A model generated the notes under the pieces. The model had not been told where the DNA came from. It ran no database searches and worked only from the letters and a program-made list of their open reading frames with translations. This document shows, piece after piece, positions 35,884 through 43,510 of a DNA stretch of 43,510 nt. Location of the stretch: contig JAWBSP010000010.1 in the NCBI GenBank assembly GCA_038842485.1, forward strand, positions 1-43,510, in the 5' to 3' direction. Every line of letters starts with the position of its first letter. Positions within the stretch are counted from its first letter, which is position 1. The position numbers and the translations under genes are program-made. Origin of the DNA: Candidatus Hadarchaeales archaeon. GTDB lineage: Archaea; Hadarchaeota; Hadarchaeia; Hadarchaeales; JAWBSP01.

Positions 35884-37388
35884 TTCGTGCTAAGGTGACG
35901 GTGGGGGGAAGGCTGTGGAAAACACCGATGATCCTCGGGCAGTTCCTCGAAAACATGGGGGAAAACATCTACGGGGGATTGTGGGACCCCACTCAGCCGG
36001 CCTCCAACCTCTTGTTCGGAGGGGTGAGGAAGGATGTTGCTGAGCTCGTCAAGTCGCTCCGCCCCCCAATCATAAGATTTCCTGGTGGTTGTGCTGCCGA
36101 TTACTACCACTGGAGACTTGGTGTGGGCCCCAGGGAGAAGCGACCAACGAGACCCAACTACCATTGGCGCTGGGCGGGAGGGGGGATAGGAAAACCGGAA
36201 ACCTATCAGTTCGGCACAGACGAGTTTCTCAAGTTCTGCCGGTACGTTGGTGCCGAGCCCATGATAACGGTGAATGCCGGGACTGGGACGCCCGAGGAGG
36301 CGGCTGCTTGGGTGGAGTACTGTAACGGGGGCAGAACATCCGAGCACGGCAGACTTCGGGCGAGCTTCGGGCACCCTGAACCTTGGGGGGTGAAATACTG
36401 GTGCATCGGGAACGAGCAGTGGGGACCCTGGGAGAGGGGGGCAAGCTCCCCAGAGGAATATGGGAGGAAGTTCCTGAGATACGCCCGCGCCATGAGGAAG
36501 GTCGACCCGGATATAAAACTGGTGGCCTGCGGGCTAAACTGGGAGTTCGGCGAATCGATCTGGCCCCTTCTCCTTCCCTCCATCCTCCTCAGACCGCTCT
36601 ATGAACCCCTCAGGCCCTTCTTCAACCCCACCAACTGGAGGAACTGGAACGAGCGGCTGCTTAGGGTTGCTGGGGACGAGATAGACATCCTTTCCCTCCA
36701 CGACTACTTCCCGGACAGCATGCGCCTTTGGAGCTGGAGACCGAAACCAACTCCCGAGAACTTCTACTGGATCGTTACCGGCAACATCAAAACGGAGCTG
36801 ATGCTGCGTAGAGTCCAGGAGAGAGTAAAGATTCCCGTTTGCCTGGACGAGTGGAACGTCAGATATGACTTACCCTCCCACAGGCGCTGCAATTACTCGG
36901 TGGCGGAGGGAATCTACTCGGCCTGTATGCTCAACTCCCTGCTCAGGATTGAGAGACTTTTCTGCGCAAACTATGCCCAGTTGGTGAATGCCCTTGGGAT
37001 GGTGATAACCCACGAGCGGGGAGCCTACCTTACCCCAACCGGTCACATTTTCAGGATGTACGCCGAGACGCTTCGGGCCTGGGTAATCGAGACGTGTGTG
37101 GAGTCGCCCACCCTTACCGTGAGGGGACTGAAGGCAAACTATGTGGATGCGGCTGCAACTGGGGACGACAAGGGGATCTCACTTTATTTGGTGAACAGGA
37201 GCTACGACGAGCCCGCTGAAGTTGAGGTGAAAGGGGAGATCGAAAAATTCCTGACCGTGGGTATCCCAGGTCCATTCGCCGTCAACACCCCGGAGAACCC
37301 CGAGCACGTGAAGATCGAACCCGGCCCGATTCAAAACAATAAAATAATATTGCCCCCGCACACCGCCAATTGCCTCCTTCTGAGGTGA
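35880..37388 (+). CDS. GH51 alpha-L-arabinofuranosidase-like glycoside hydrolase
   Basis: GQFLE, RFPGGC, FGTDEF, WVEYCN, IGNE (acid/base), DEWN (nucleophile), AQLVN. Confidence 0.9.
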   Translation: MIRAKVTVGGRLWKTPMILGQFLENMGENIYGGLWDPTQPASNLLFGGVRKDVAELVKSLRPPIIRFPGGCAADYYHWRLGVGPREKRPTRPNYHWRWAGGGIGKPETYQFGTDEFLKFCRYVGAEPMITVNAGTGTPEEAAAWVEYCNGGRTSEHGRLRASFGHPEPWGVKYWCIGNEQWGPWERGASSPEEYGRKFLRYARAMRKVDPDIKLVACGLNWEFGESIWPLLLPSILLRPLYEPLRPFFNPTNWRNWNERLLRVAGDEIDILSLHDYFPDSMRLWSWRPKPTPENFYWIVTGNIKTELMLRRVQERVKIPVCLDEWNVRYDLPSHRRCNYSVAEGIYSACMLNSLLRIERLFCANYAQLVNALGMVITHERGAYLTPTGHIFRMYAETLRAWVIETCVESPTLTVRGLKANYVDAAATGDDKGISLYLVNRSYDEPAEVEVKGEIEKFLTVGIPGPFAVNTPENPEHVKIEPGPIQNNKIILPPHTANCLLLR

Positions 37389-37391
37389 AAG

Positions 37392-37940
37392 TCAGAACAG
37401 AAAGCTGAGAGCCAGTAGCGGTATTTCCAGAGCGGCCCAAAGGGGTGGGTTCCAGTTGAAAACTTTCGAGCCATCGAGCGGGGGAACGGGAAGGAGGTTG
37501 AAGGTTGCGAGCCAGAGATTCAGGAAAATCCCCTGCATTGCCATCTCCCCCAGCCAGCCGGGGAGGGTTGAGAGAGGGAGGAAACAGCATGCCAGAAAAA
37601 CGTTTGCTAGGGGGCCCGCGAGCGATATCCTGCCGGCTTGCTCGGGGGTGAAAAATCCGGCCAGGATGACCACTGCACCTGGGGCCGCGAAGAGAAATCT
37701 TCCGCGCGAGACCAGACCGAGGACGAGCGCTAGTGTGAGACCCAGAGGCCAGCTCCTGTAGACGGAGAAGAACCCGAATCTAGAGGCTGCCCACTTGTGG
37801 GAAATCTCGTGAAGGAAGAACCCGAGCAGGAGGGGAATCGCCACCACCACCAACCGGTGGAGGCTCAGGCCCGAGACCGCCACCATCAGCACGAGAATCG
37901 AGAGGAAGATCTCCTTAAGCTCCGAGGCGAGAAACCTCAT
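37392..37940 (-). CDS. Site-2 protease (M50) family membrane metalloprotease
   Basis: HEISH, AGPLAN, FNLLPVPPLDG. Confidence 0.9.
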   Translation of the reverse strand: MRFLASELKEIFLSILVLMVAVSGLSLHRLVVVAIPLLLGFFLHEISHKWAASRFGFFSVYRSWPLGLTLALVLGLVSRGRFLFAAPGAVVILAGFFTPEQAGRISLAGPLANVFLACCFLPLSTLPGWLGEMAMQGIFLNLWLATFNLLPVPPLDGSKVFNWNPPLWAALEIPLLALSFLF

Positions 37941-39040
37941 AGGCCCACCTCGGTTTTCAGTTCCAGCCCCTCCCCCCTCAGCAGTGCCGCGGTCACGCCA
38001 TCTCCCTCGATCCTGCCTTCAGGCGCCTCCACCCACCCCACACCGCAGGAGGGGCTACCCGACTTCAAAATCGCCTGACGGACACCCATTCTCCTAGCTA
38101 AGGAAAGGGTTTCGAAGGCACCTTTGATGAAGTTTTCTGTAACGTCCTCCCCCCTCGCATTTAAGACGCGCGCTTTCCCTTCGAGCACCTCCTTTCCCGC
38201 CCCGCCCCTGAGATAATTTGGGGGACGAGGTGTTGGCAACCCCCCGAAGACTTCAGGACAGACCAAAATCACCTTTCTGTCCCTAACCAGCGAAAGGACC
38301 TCGCTGTTCAAGGAGTTCCGTCCGTCGTAGCGGCAATTCACGCCAAGGAGACAGGCGGAAACAAGCACCGGCGAGGGGGGAACGGGGGACTCAAGCTTCC
38401 TGCCCAAAATTTGGGACTCCAGCTCCCTTGGGATCCCAATATCCTCCACTAAGACTTCTCCCGTGTAATCCTCCCTCCCCTCGAACCCCTTCTTCCTCGC
38501 GTGAAAGGTGACCGTCAGCCTCGCCCTGACCGCCTCCCCACAAATCCTTCCCGTCGAGGGATCCAGACCTGTCGGGGTGTCAACCGCGACGACCGGCTTC
38601 CCGCAAGAATTCACCTTCCTCACCACCGAGAGCACGGGTTCCCTAAGCTCCCCTTTAACGCCCGTCCCCAAGATGGCATCAACCACTACCTCCGCCCACC
38701 TGAGCTCCTCGTCCAGACCCGATAGTTCCCTGAGGGAAACGGACTTGAGGTTTTGCAAGACTCTCCAGTTCAGCCTCGACTCCTCCGTCCTTATCGCCTC
38801 CGGTTCGCCGACCAGGACCAGGTGAACCTCGCACCCGAAGTTCGAGAGGTGACGGGCGGCGACCATCCCATCGCCGCCGTTGTTTCCCGTTCCGGCGAGG
38901 ATCAAGATGCGCGGCCTGCCGAACCTCTCCACGATTCTTCTCGCGACCGCCGATCCGGCATTTTCCATCAAAAGGCACCTCGGCAAGCCGAGACGCTCAG
39001 CAGCCTGATCGAGGATAGCCATTTCCTCGCTCGTGACCAT
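37937..39040 (-). CDS. nnrE: NAD(P)HX epimerase (YjeF-N/NnrE) fused to DUF523 (TudS-type thiouracil desulfidase)
   Basis: LMENAG, GTGNNGGDG, DAILGTG, DTPTG, DIGIP followed in frame by VSACLLGVNCRYDG, CPEVFGGLPTPR, KSGSPSCG, GVTAALL. Confidence 0.88.
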   Translation of the reverse strand: MVTSEEMAILDQAAERLGLPRCLLMENAGSAVARRIVERFGRPRILILAGTGNNGGDGMVAARHLSNFGCEVHLVLVGEPEAIRTEESRLNWRVLQNLKSVSLRELSGLDEELRWAEVVVDAILGTGVKGELREPVLSVVRKVNSCGKPVVAVDTPTGLDPSTGRICGEAVRARLTVTFHARKKGFEGREDYTGEVLVEDIGIPRELESQILGRKLESPVPPSPVLVSACLLGVNCRYDGRNSLNSEVLSLVRDRKVILVCPEVFGGLPTPRPPNYLRGGAGKEVLEGKARVLNARGEDVTENFIKGAFETLSLARRMGVRQAILKSGSPSCGVGWVEAPEGRIEGDGVTAALLRGEGLELKTEVGL

Positions 39041-39087
39041 CAAATGAAAGTGGCGAAGAAGATTTACGCGGGATTCGGTGACTTCGC

Positions 39088-39135
39088 GCACATTTGTACT
39101 CAAGTACATTTGTACGTAAGTATAAGTGTACGTGC
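39088..39135. repeat. Six degenerate 8-bp units with phased GTAC cores (putative operator array)
   Basis: gcacattt gtactcaa gtacattt gtacgtaa gtataagt gtacgtgc. Confidence 0.65.
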
Positions 39136-39225
39136 CGTATATCAAACTTTGGGTGAACCCATCATCTCTTTATTTATGATTTACCGTGGGGAGAAGCGTT
39201 AGTCAACCTGTAATTCGAAGAGCCC

Positions 39226-39636
39226 TCAGAGGAGCCTTCCCTTGCCCACTATGTGCAGGACCTGCCAGCCCCTCTTCCGGAGTTCCCTAGCGATGAACCT
39301 CCTGTGGCATCCGCTCGGGTACCCCTCCAGACACATCAAGACGGAGAGTTTCTGCCTTGCAAGTTCCTCAAGTTTTTCCAATCCCTGCCCGAATTCCTCA
39401 GTCTGAGTGTAAGCCTCATAACCTCCCTTTCTGTAACCGCCGAGCTCCTCTATCCTAACGTAAGAAATCCCAAAGTGCGGGAGGTTCTTCTCCAGCTCCT
39501 CCCTTTTGAAGCCGGGATACTTTGAGGTCGGGAAAGCCCTAACATCGATTACCGTTTCTATTCCAAAGTTTTTCAGTATGCGGACGAAATCCTCAAACTT
39601 TCTCCCCCCGTAACCTATCGTGTAGATTTTTCTCAC
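39226..39636 (-). CDS. DUF488 family protein
   Basis: IYTIGYGG, IDVRAFP, ELGG, LMCLE, CHR; GTG start overlapping the RND stop. Confidence 0.88.
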   Translation of the reverse strand: MRKIYTIGYGGRKFEDFVRILKNFGIETVIDVRAFPTSKYPGFKREELEKNLPHFGISYVRIEELGGYRKGGYEAYTQTEEFGQGLEKLEELARQKLSVLMCLEGYPSGCHRRFIARELRKRGWQVLHIVGKGRLL

Positions 39637-42074
39637 TTGGAGTTGCCCGACTCCATCAGGTGCCTGTACGCGCCCTTCTTTGCCCACCAAGCGAGAGCCG
39701 CCGGGAGGACGAAGAAGACCGCGCAGAGACAAGCGGCAAACTCTAGGCCTACGATCTCGCCGAAGGCCCCCACAGCAGGCATCCTGGAGAACATCAGGGT
39801 ACCCATGGCGGCCAAGGAGGTGGAGGCCGCACCCAGCACCGCTCCACCTATTCTCGTCATGGTTTCTTTGGTGGCCTCTTCGATGCTCCTCCCCTTTGCG
39901 AGTTCCTCCACGAACCTATGCCTGACGTGAATGGAGTAATCTATCCCGATTCCTATCAGCATGGCCGAAACCAGAACCGTCAGCAGATTGATGGGGAGAT
40001 CTATCAGCGGGAACATGCCCAGACCCCAGACTAGGGTCAGCCCGATGGGAATCATGCAGAGGGTCGCATCCCCGATTCTCCGGAATACAGCGAGGAGGAT
40101 GAGGAAGCAGCCCACGAAGGCTATGAGGGTGGTCTTGAGCTGGGAGGAGGGCAGTTCCGTCAGCAGGTCCCCATAGACAGCCGGAAGGCCGCCCACGCGG
40201 TAATCCGCCCCCCTTCCAAACTGCTGGATTCCCTTCCTCACGTGGTCGACCGCCGCCTTCATGTCGTTATCACCGTACATGTTCTCGGTCATCAGAAGAA
40301 TCACCGCCCGCCTGTAGTCGCTTGAAACAACGGATTCAAGCCTAGGCTCCTGTTGCAGCAGCTCCCCAAGCACCTCGCGTATCGTGTTCTCGTCCTGCGG
40401 GATGAGACCGCCGCACCTGCTCCTGACCATTCCTGGGAGGCTGAGTGGGCTTCCGGAGATGAACCTCGATTGCTTTGAGAAGGACTCGATTTTCTCAATG
40501 GAGCTCAGCGTCTCGGACGAGGCGACATTTCCCTCCACCAAGACGATGATGGCGCTCATGGGATTCTCTCCGGGGAAGAGTTCTAGGTACCGTGCCGAGG
40601 TCTCCAAGGATTCCACATGGGAGGGCAGCATTTTCTCCCACTCTATCGCGGTCCTAGCACGGGTGGCGCTGGCAATCGCCAAGAGGGTGACCACGGCTGC
40701 GATCGCCAATATCGGTTTACTCCTGCGCTCGACCAGAGTTCCAACGTTCGTCAGCCCCTTCTCCACCGCCCTCACGGAGAACCTGTCAACCAGCTCCCCC
40801 TTTTCCACGCCGCGATCCAGCAGGATGCGGCAGGAGGGGAGGAAGAGGATCGCCATGAAGTAGGAGAAGCCTATCCCCATCATCGAGAGGGCGCCGAAGT
40901 CGAACAGCGGCCTCATGGGGGAGCTTAGCCAGGATCCGTATCCGAACTGGGTGGTCATGCAGGAGAGGAAAACCGCAACCCCGACCGTGCGGATGACCAA
41001 GGCCGCCGCGTCCCCTCGCTCCTGTCCGGCCTGCCTTTCCTCGGAGTACCGGTAGTTCACGTAAATGGAGTAATCTATACCCAGACCGAGCAGGAGGGGG
41101 AAGACCCCAACCACCACGGGGGAGAACTCGATCCCGAACCAGCCCATGAGGCAGAGCACCCACAGAATGGCCAAGCCAATCGAGAGGAGTGAGAGCATGA
41201 TGTACTTGAACTTCCGGTAGGTGAGTAGGAGACAGATCAGGACGAGAACCCCTGCAATCCCAAACAGCCAGACGCGCTCCTCCTCTATCGTCCGCATCAG
41301 GTCCTTGGAGGCCGAGTGATCCCCGCCCACGTAAGCCCTGAAACCGGCAGCCGCGGCGTGCGACTTCACCACGTTTTCCAGGATCTTCGCGTTCCGGATC
41401 TCCTCGGCGCTCGGGAGCTTTGCCACCCTGTAAACCAGCCTCCCAACCATGAGGCCCGTTTCCCTGTTCTCCCGGGTGTTGGCCTCGAATTCGGCGACGA
41501 CGGACGGATCCGAGCGGAGCTCCTCCAGCCTGGTCGAGAGCTCCTCGAGGTTCTCCGGGAAGTTCTCCCCAAGCCTGTTCTCGATGCCCCTGAGGTAGTT
41601 ATAGGTCTCCTCCAGCAGGTAGCCGGCGAGCTGGCGCTTCAGATCCAGCTTCATCTCGTGAACGGCCTTCACGCACGAGGGATTCCACAGGTTTTCCGAC
41701 TCGATGAGAATGATCTCCGAGCTTATCCCCCCCAGCATGTTCTCCACCTCCAGCGTGGTCCGGGCGGACTCGTAGGAGGGAGGGAGGAAGGAGCGCAACT
41801 CCACGTTCAGGGTTAGCTTAGAGAGACCGGGGGCGAGACAGGCGGTGACTGCCAGGATGCAGGAGAGAACCACCGCGGGATGCCGTTTGACCGCCTCTGA
41901 AACCCTTTTGGCATTCAGGAAAAGAATGGCCGTTAGGACCAGAACCAGGGCGGGAGGGAAGTAGGAGGAGGCGGGTATCCCCGGATTGAAGATGGCACAA
42001 AGAACCATGTAAACCAAAACGGCTCCGATTACCAGCAGGAAGGAGTGCTCTTCCAGCCTGAACCTCCTAGCCAT
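39633..42074 (-). CDS. RND/MMPL-family transporter
   Basis: Duplicated architecture with two large extracellular loops; GLGIDYSI and GIGIDYSI motifs. Confidence 0.9.
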   Translation of the reverse strand: MARRFRLEEHSFLLVIGAVLVYMVLCAIFNPGIPASSYFPPALVLVLTAILFLNAKRVSEAVKRHPAVVLSCILAVTACLAPGLSKLTLNVELRSFLPPSYESARTTLEVENMLGGISSEIILIESENLWNPSCVKAVHEMKLDLKRQLAGYLLEETYNYLRGIENRLGENFPENLEELSTRLEELRSDPSVVAEFEANTRENRETGLMVGRLVYRVAKLPSAEEIRNAKILENVVKSHAAAAGFRAYVGGDHSASKDLMRTIEEERVWLFGIAGVLVLICLLLTYRKFKYIMLSLLSIGLAILWVLCLMGWFGIEFSPVVVGVFPLLLGLGIDYSIYVNYRYSEERQAGQERGDAAALVIRTVGVAVFLSCMTTQFGYGSWLSSPMRPLFDFGALSMMGIGFSYFMAILFLPSCRILLDRGVEKGELVDRFSVRAVEKGLTNVGTLVERRSKPILAIAAVVTLLAIASATRARTAIEWEKMLPSHVESLETSARYLELFPGENPMSAIIVLVEGNVASSETLSSIEKIESFSKQSRFISGSPLSLPGMVRSRCGGLIPQDENTIREVLGELLQQEPRLESVVSSDYRRAVILLMTENMYGDNDMKAAVDHVRKGIQQFGRGADYRVGGLPAVYGDLLTELPSSQLKTTLIAFVGCFLILLAVFRRIGDATLCMIPIGLTLVWGLGMFPLIDLPINLLTVLVSAMLIGIGIDYSIHVRHRFVEELAKGRSIEEATKETMTRIGGAVLGAASTSLAAMGTLMFSRMPAVGAFGEIVGLEFAACLCAVFFVLPAALAWWAKKGAYRHLMESGNSK

Positions 42075-42078
42075 CTCC

Positions 42079-42094
42079 TACCAGCGGGCTGGTA
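42079..42094. promoter_or_regulatory. Inverted repeat in the divergent RND / surface-protein promoter
   Basis: TACCAGC-GG-GCTGGTA next to AT-rich TAAAATCTTAAATA. Confidence 0.4.
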
Positions 42095-42128
42095 ATAAAA
42101 TCTTAAATACAGCGAGTTCGGTGGAGAG

Positions 42129-43510
42129 ATGAACAAGCTGGTTCCCATCTTGCTCGTGCTCGTGGCGGCGGCCTGTGGTGGTGCCTACATGTTTCTCATG
42201 AGAGCCCCCGCTGGAGCCGAGTACACGGTGGAGGATCTGACGGTTTACCCCACGGAGGTTCCCTCGGGAGGCAAGATTTACATCACGGCACTTGTGAAGT
42301 CCGCGAGGGCGGGAACGGTCGAGGTTAAGTTTAACATCGGTGGGGAGGAGATACCGGTCGAGACGGATTTTGCTGAGGAGGGAGAGGAGAAGCTAGTTGC
42401 TTACGAGTACCCGGTGAGCGAGCTGGGGGAGCTCCAAATTAGGGCGGGTGACCTTTCCAGAACCGTCACGGTCAGGACGCCCCAGCCGGCCCGCTTTGAA
42501 GTAACGAGACTGGAGGTGCCCTCCCAAGTACTTAAGGGAAGCCAAACCGCTGTTGTCGCCGAGGTGGTAAACAGGGGGGAGATGAGGGGCAACTATCAGG
42601 GGGGGCTTTCGGTAGCTGGCACACAAGTTAGCACTGCCTCGGCACAGGGAATCGACCCGGGAGAGAGGAGGATAGTCCGCTTTGTCTTCACCGCTACCGT
42701 GGGTGGAAGCATCACTTTGGAAAACTACACCGGGAGCCCGGTTTCCCTCAACGTGGTGGAACCCTTCACCCGGTTTGAATACGTGGACCTTGCCGTCCCC
42801 TCCACGGTCTATGCTGGAGAGGTCAGAATCGAGGGGAGGGTGAAGAACACTGGAAACGTTGAGAACGAAATCACCGTTCAGCTGACGGTCAACCCATCCG
42901 CGAACTACACTGTCTCACCACGCGCCCGCCTCTCCCTTAAACCGGGACAGGAGAGTACTGTCACCTTTATCTTCTCTGACCTTTCCGCCGGAAGTTACAT
43001 CCTTCAGTTCGGGGACCTTCCCAGCAAAACTCTGAGGGTGGAGCCCAAACCAGAGGTGTATGTTGAAGATATCATTGTCCCAGAGGTCGCCATCGTGGGG
43101 ACCCAGATCCCCGTGAGGGTGGTGGTGAAGAGCGGAACCACTGGAGGTTCCTTTTCCGGGACCCTCGAAGCAAAAGTCGGGGGGAGCACGGTCTCCAGCG
43201 AATTCATCTCCCTAACGCTTGGCAGCAACGAAACCCGTGAAGTAAGCAAAATCCTTTCGGTGGGGAACAACAAGGGAATATGCACCCTGGAGGTGGGTGG
43301 AAAGGCGAAGAGCCTCAGGGTGTTAGGATATAAGGATCTCTATGTCGCGGGGGTGGACTGGATGGAGTACAACTACACCTCAGACATGCGCGTGCCGGAA
43401 CTCAACCAGTCCATACACGATGAGGGTAGGTTCAAATACACCTACCAGGGAAGCAAAACGGTGGGCGACCAAACCTGCAGGGAGATGAGGAGGGAGATCA
43501 CTTCCTCCCA
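42129..43510 (+). CDS. Secreted or membrane-anchored CARDB/Ig-like repeat surface protein (runs off the window end)
   Basis: MNKLVPILLVLVAAACGG hydrophobic N-terminus; repeated beta-rich modules (VVNRG..IDPGE, VKNTGN..LKPGQ); several NxT/S sequons; no stop seen, so absent from the ORF track. Confidence 0.8.
   Translation, partial: MNKLVPILLVLVAAACGGAYMFLMRAPAGAEYTVEDLTVYPTEVPSGGKIYITALVKSARAGTVEVKFNIGGEEIPVETDFAEEGEEKLVAYEYPVSELGELQIRAGDLSRTVTVRTPQPARFEVTRLEVPSQVLKGSQTAVVAEVVNRGEMRGNYQGGLSVAGTQVSTASAQGIDPGERRIVRFVFTATVGGSITLENYTGSPVSLNVVEPFTRFEYVDLAVPSTVYAGEVRIEGRVKNTGNVENEITVQLTVNPSANYTVSPRARLSLKPGQESTVTFIFSDLSAGSYILQFGDLPSKTLRVEPKPEVYVEDIIVPEVAIVGTQIPVRVVVKSGTTGGSFSGTLEAKVGGSTVSSEFISLTLGSNETREVSKILSVGNNKGICTLEVGGKAKSLRVLGYKDLYVAGVDWMEYNYTSDMRVPELNQSIHDEGRFKYTYQGSKTVGDQTCREMRREITSS

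Noticed and set aside
39088-39135. CRISPR array or N-terminal extension of NnrE (YTYTY)
   Set aside because: Units are only 8 bp with no spacers; YjeF-N homology starts at ATG 39040

Overview
GC-rich (~60%) archaeal chromosomal window. The gene content (tiaS, aEF-1beta, TFB, DmrX, Thermococcales-type HypA/ATPase-HypB, H/ACA sRNA) indicates an anaerobic, probably thermophilic archaeon; Hadarchaeota-like is my inference. Left third: housekeeping genes (Zn-ribbon protein, ef1b, tiaS interrupted by one in-frame TAG, divergent TFB, GGR-like flavoprotein, glyA, thrC, tRNA-Thr). Centre (11.1-29.8 kb): a group 4 [NiFe]-hydrogenase locus with maturation genes and two convergent operons. One encodes the soluble arm (HydB/HydG-like NAD(P)H module, catalytically dead FdhF/NuoG-like subunit, HycB-like, NuoC-like, large subunit, HycF-like). 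The other encodes the small subunit, an Mrp module and a HycD/NuoH subunit carrying a 4-bp-duplication frameshift. Right third: DNA ligase, an unannotated three-hairpin H/ACA guide RNA, rnhB, a decayed HEPN plus intact MNT, a DmrX/MetF-like operon, PIG-L plus GH51, an NnrE-TudS(DUF523) fusion preceded by an 8-bp-periodic GTAC array, an RND/MMPL transporter and a partial CARDB-like surface protein. All calls come from motif recognition by eye; no searches were run.
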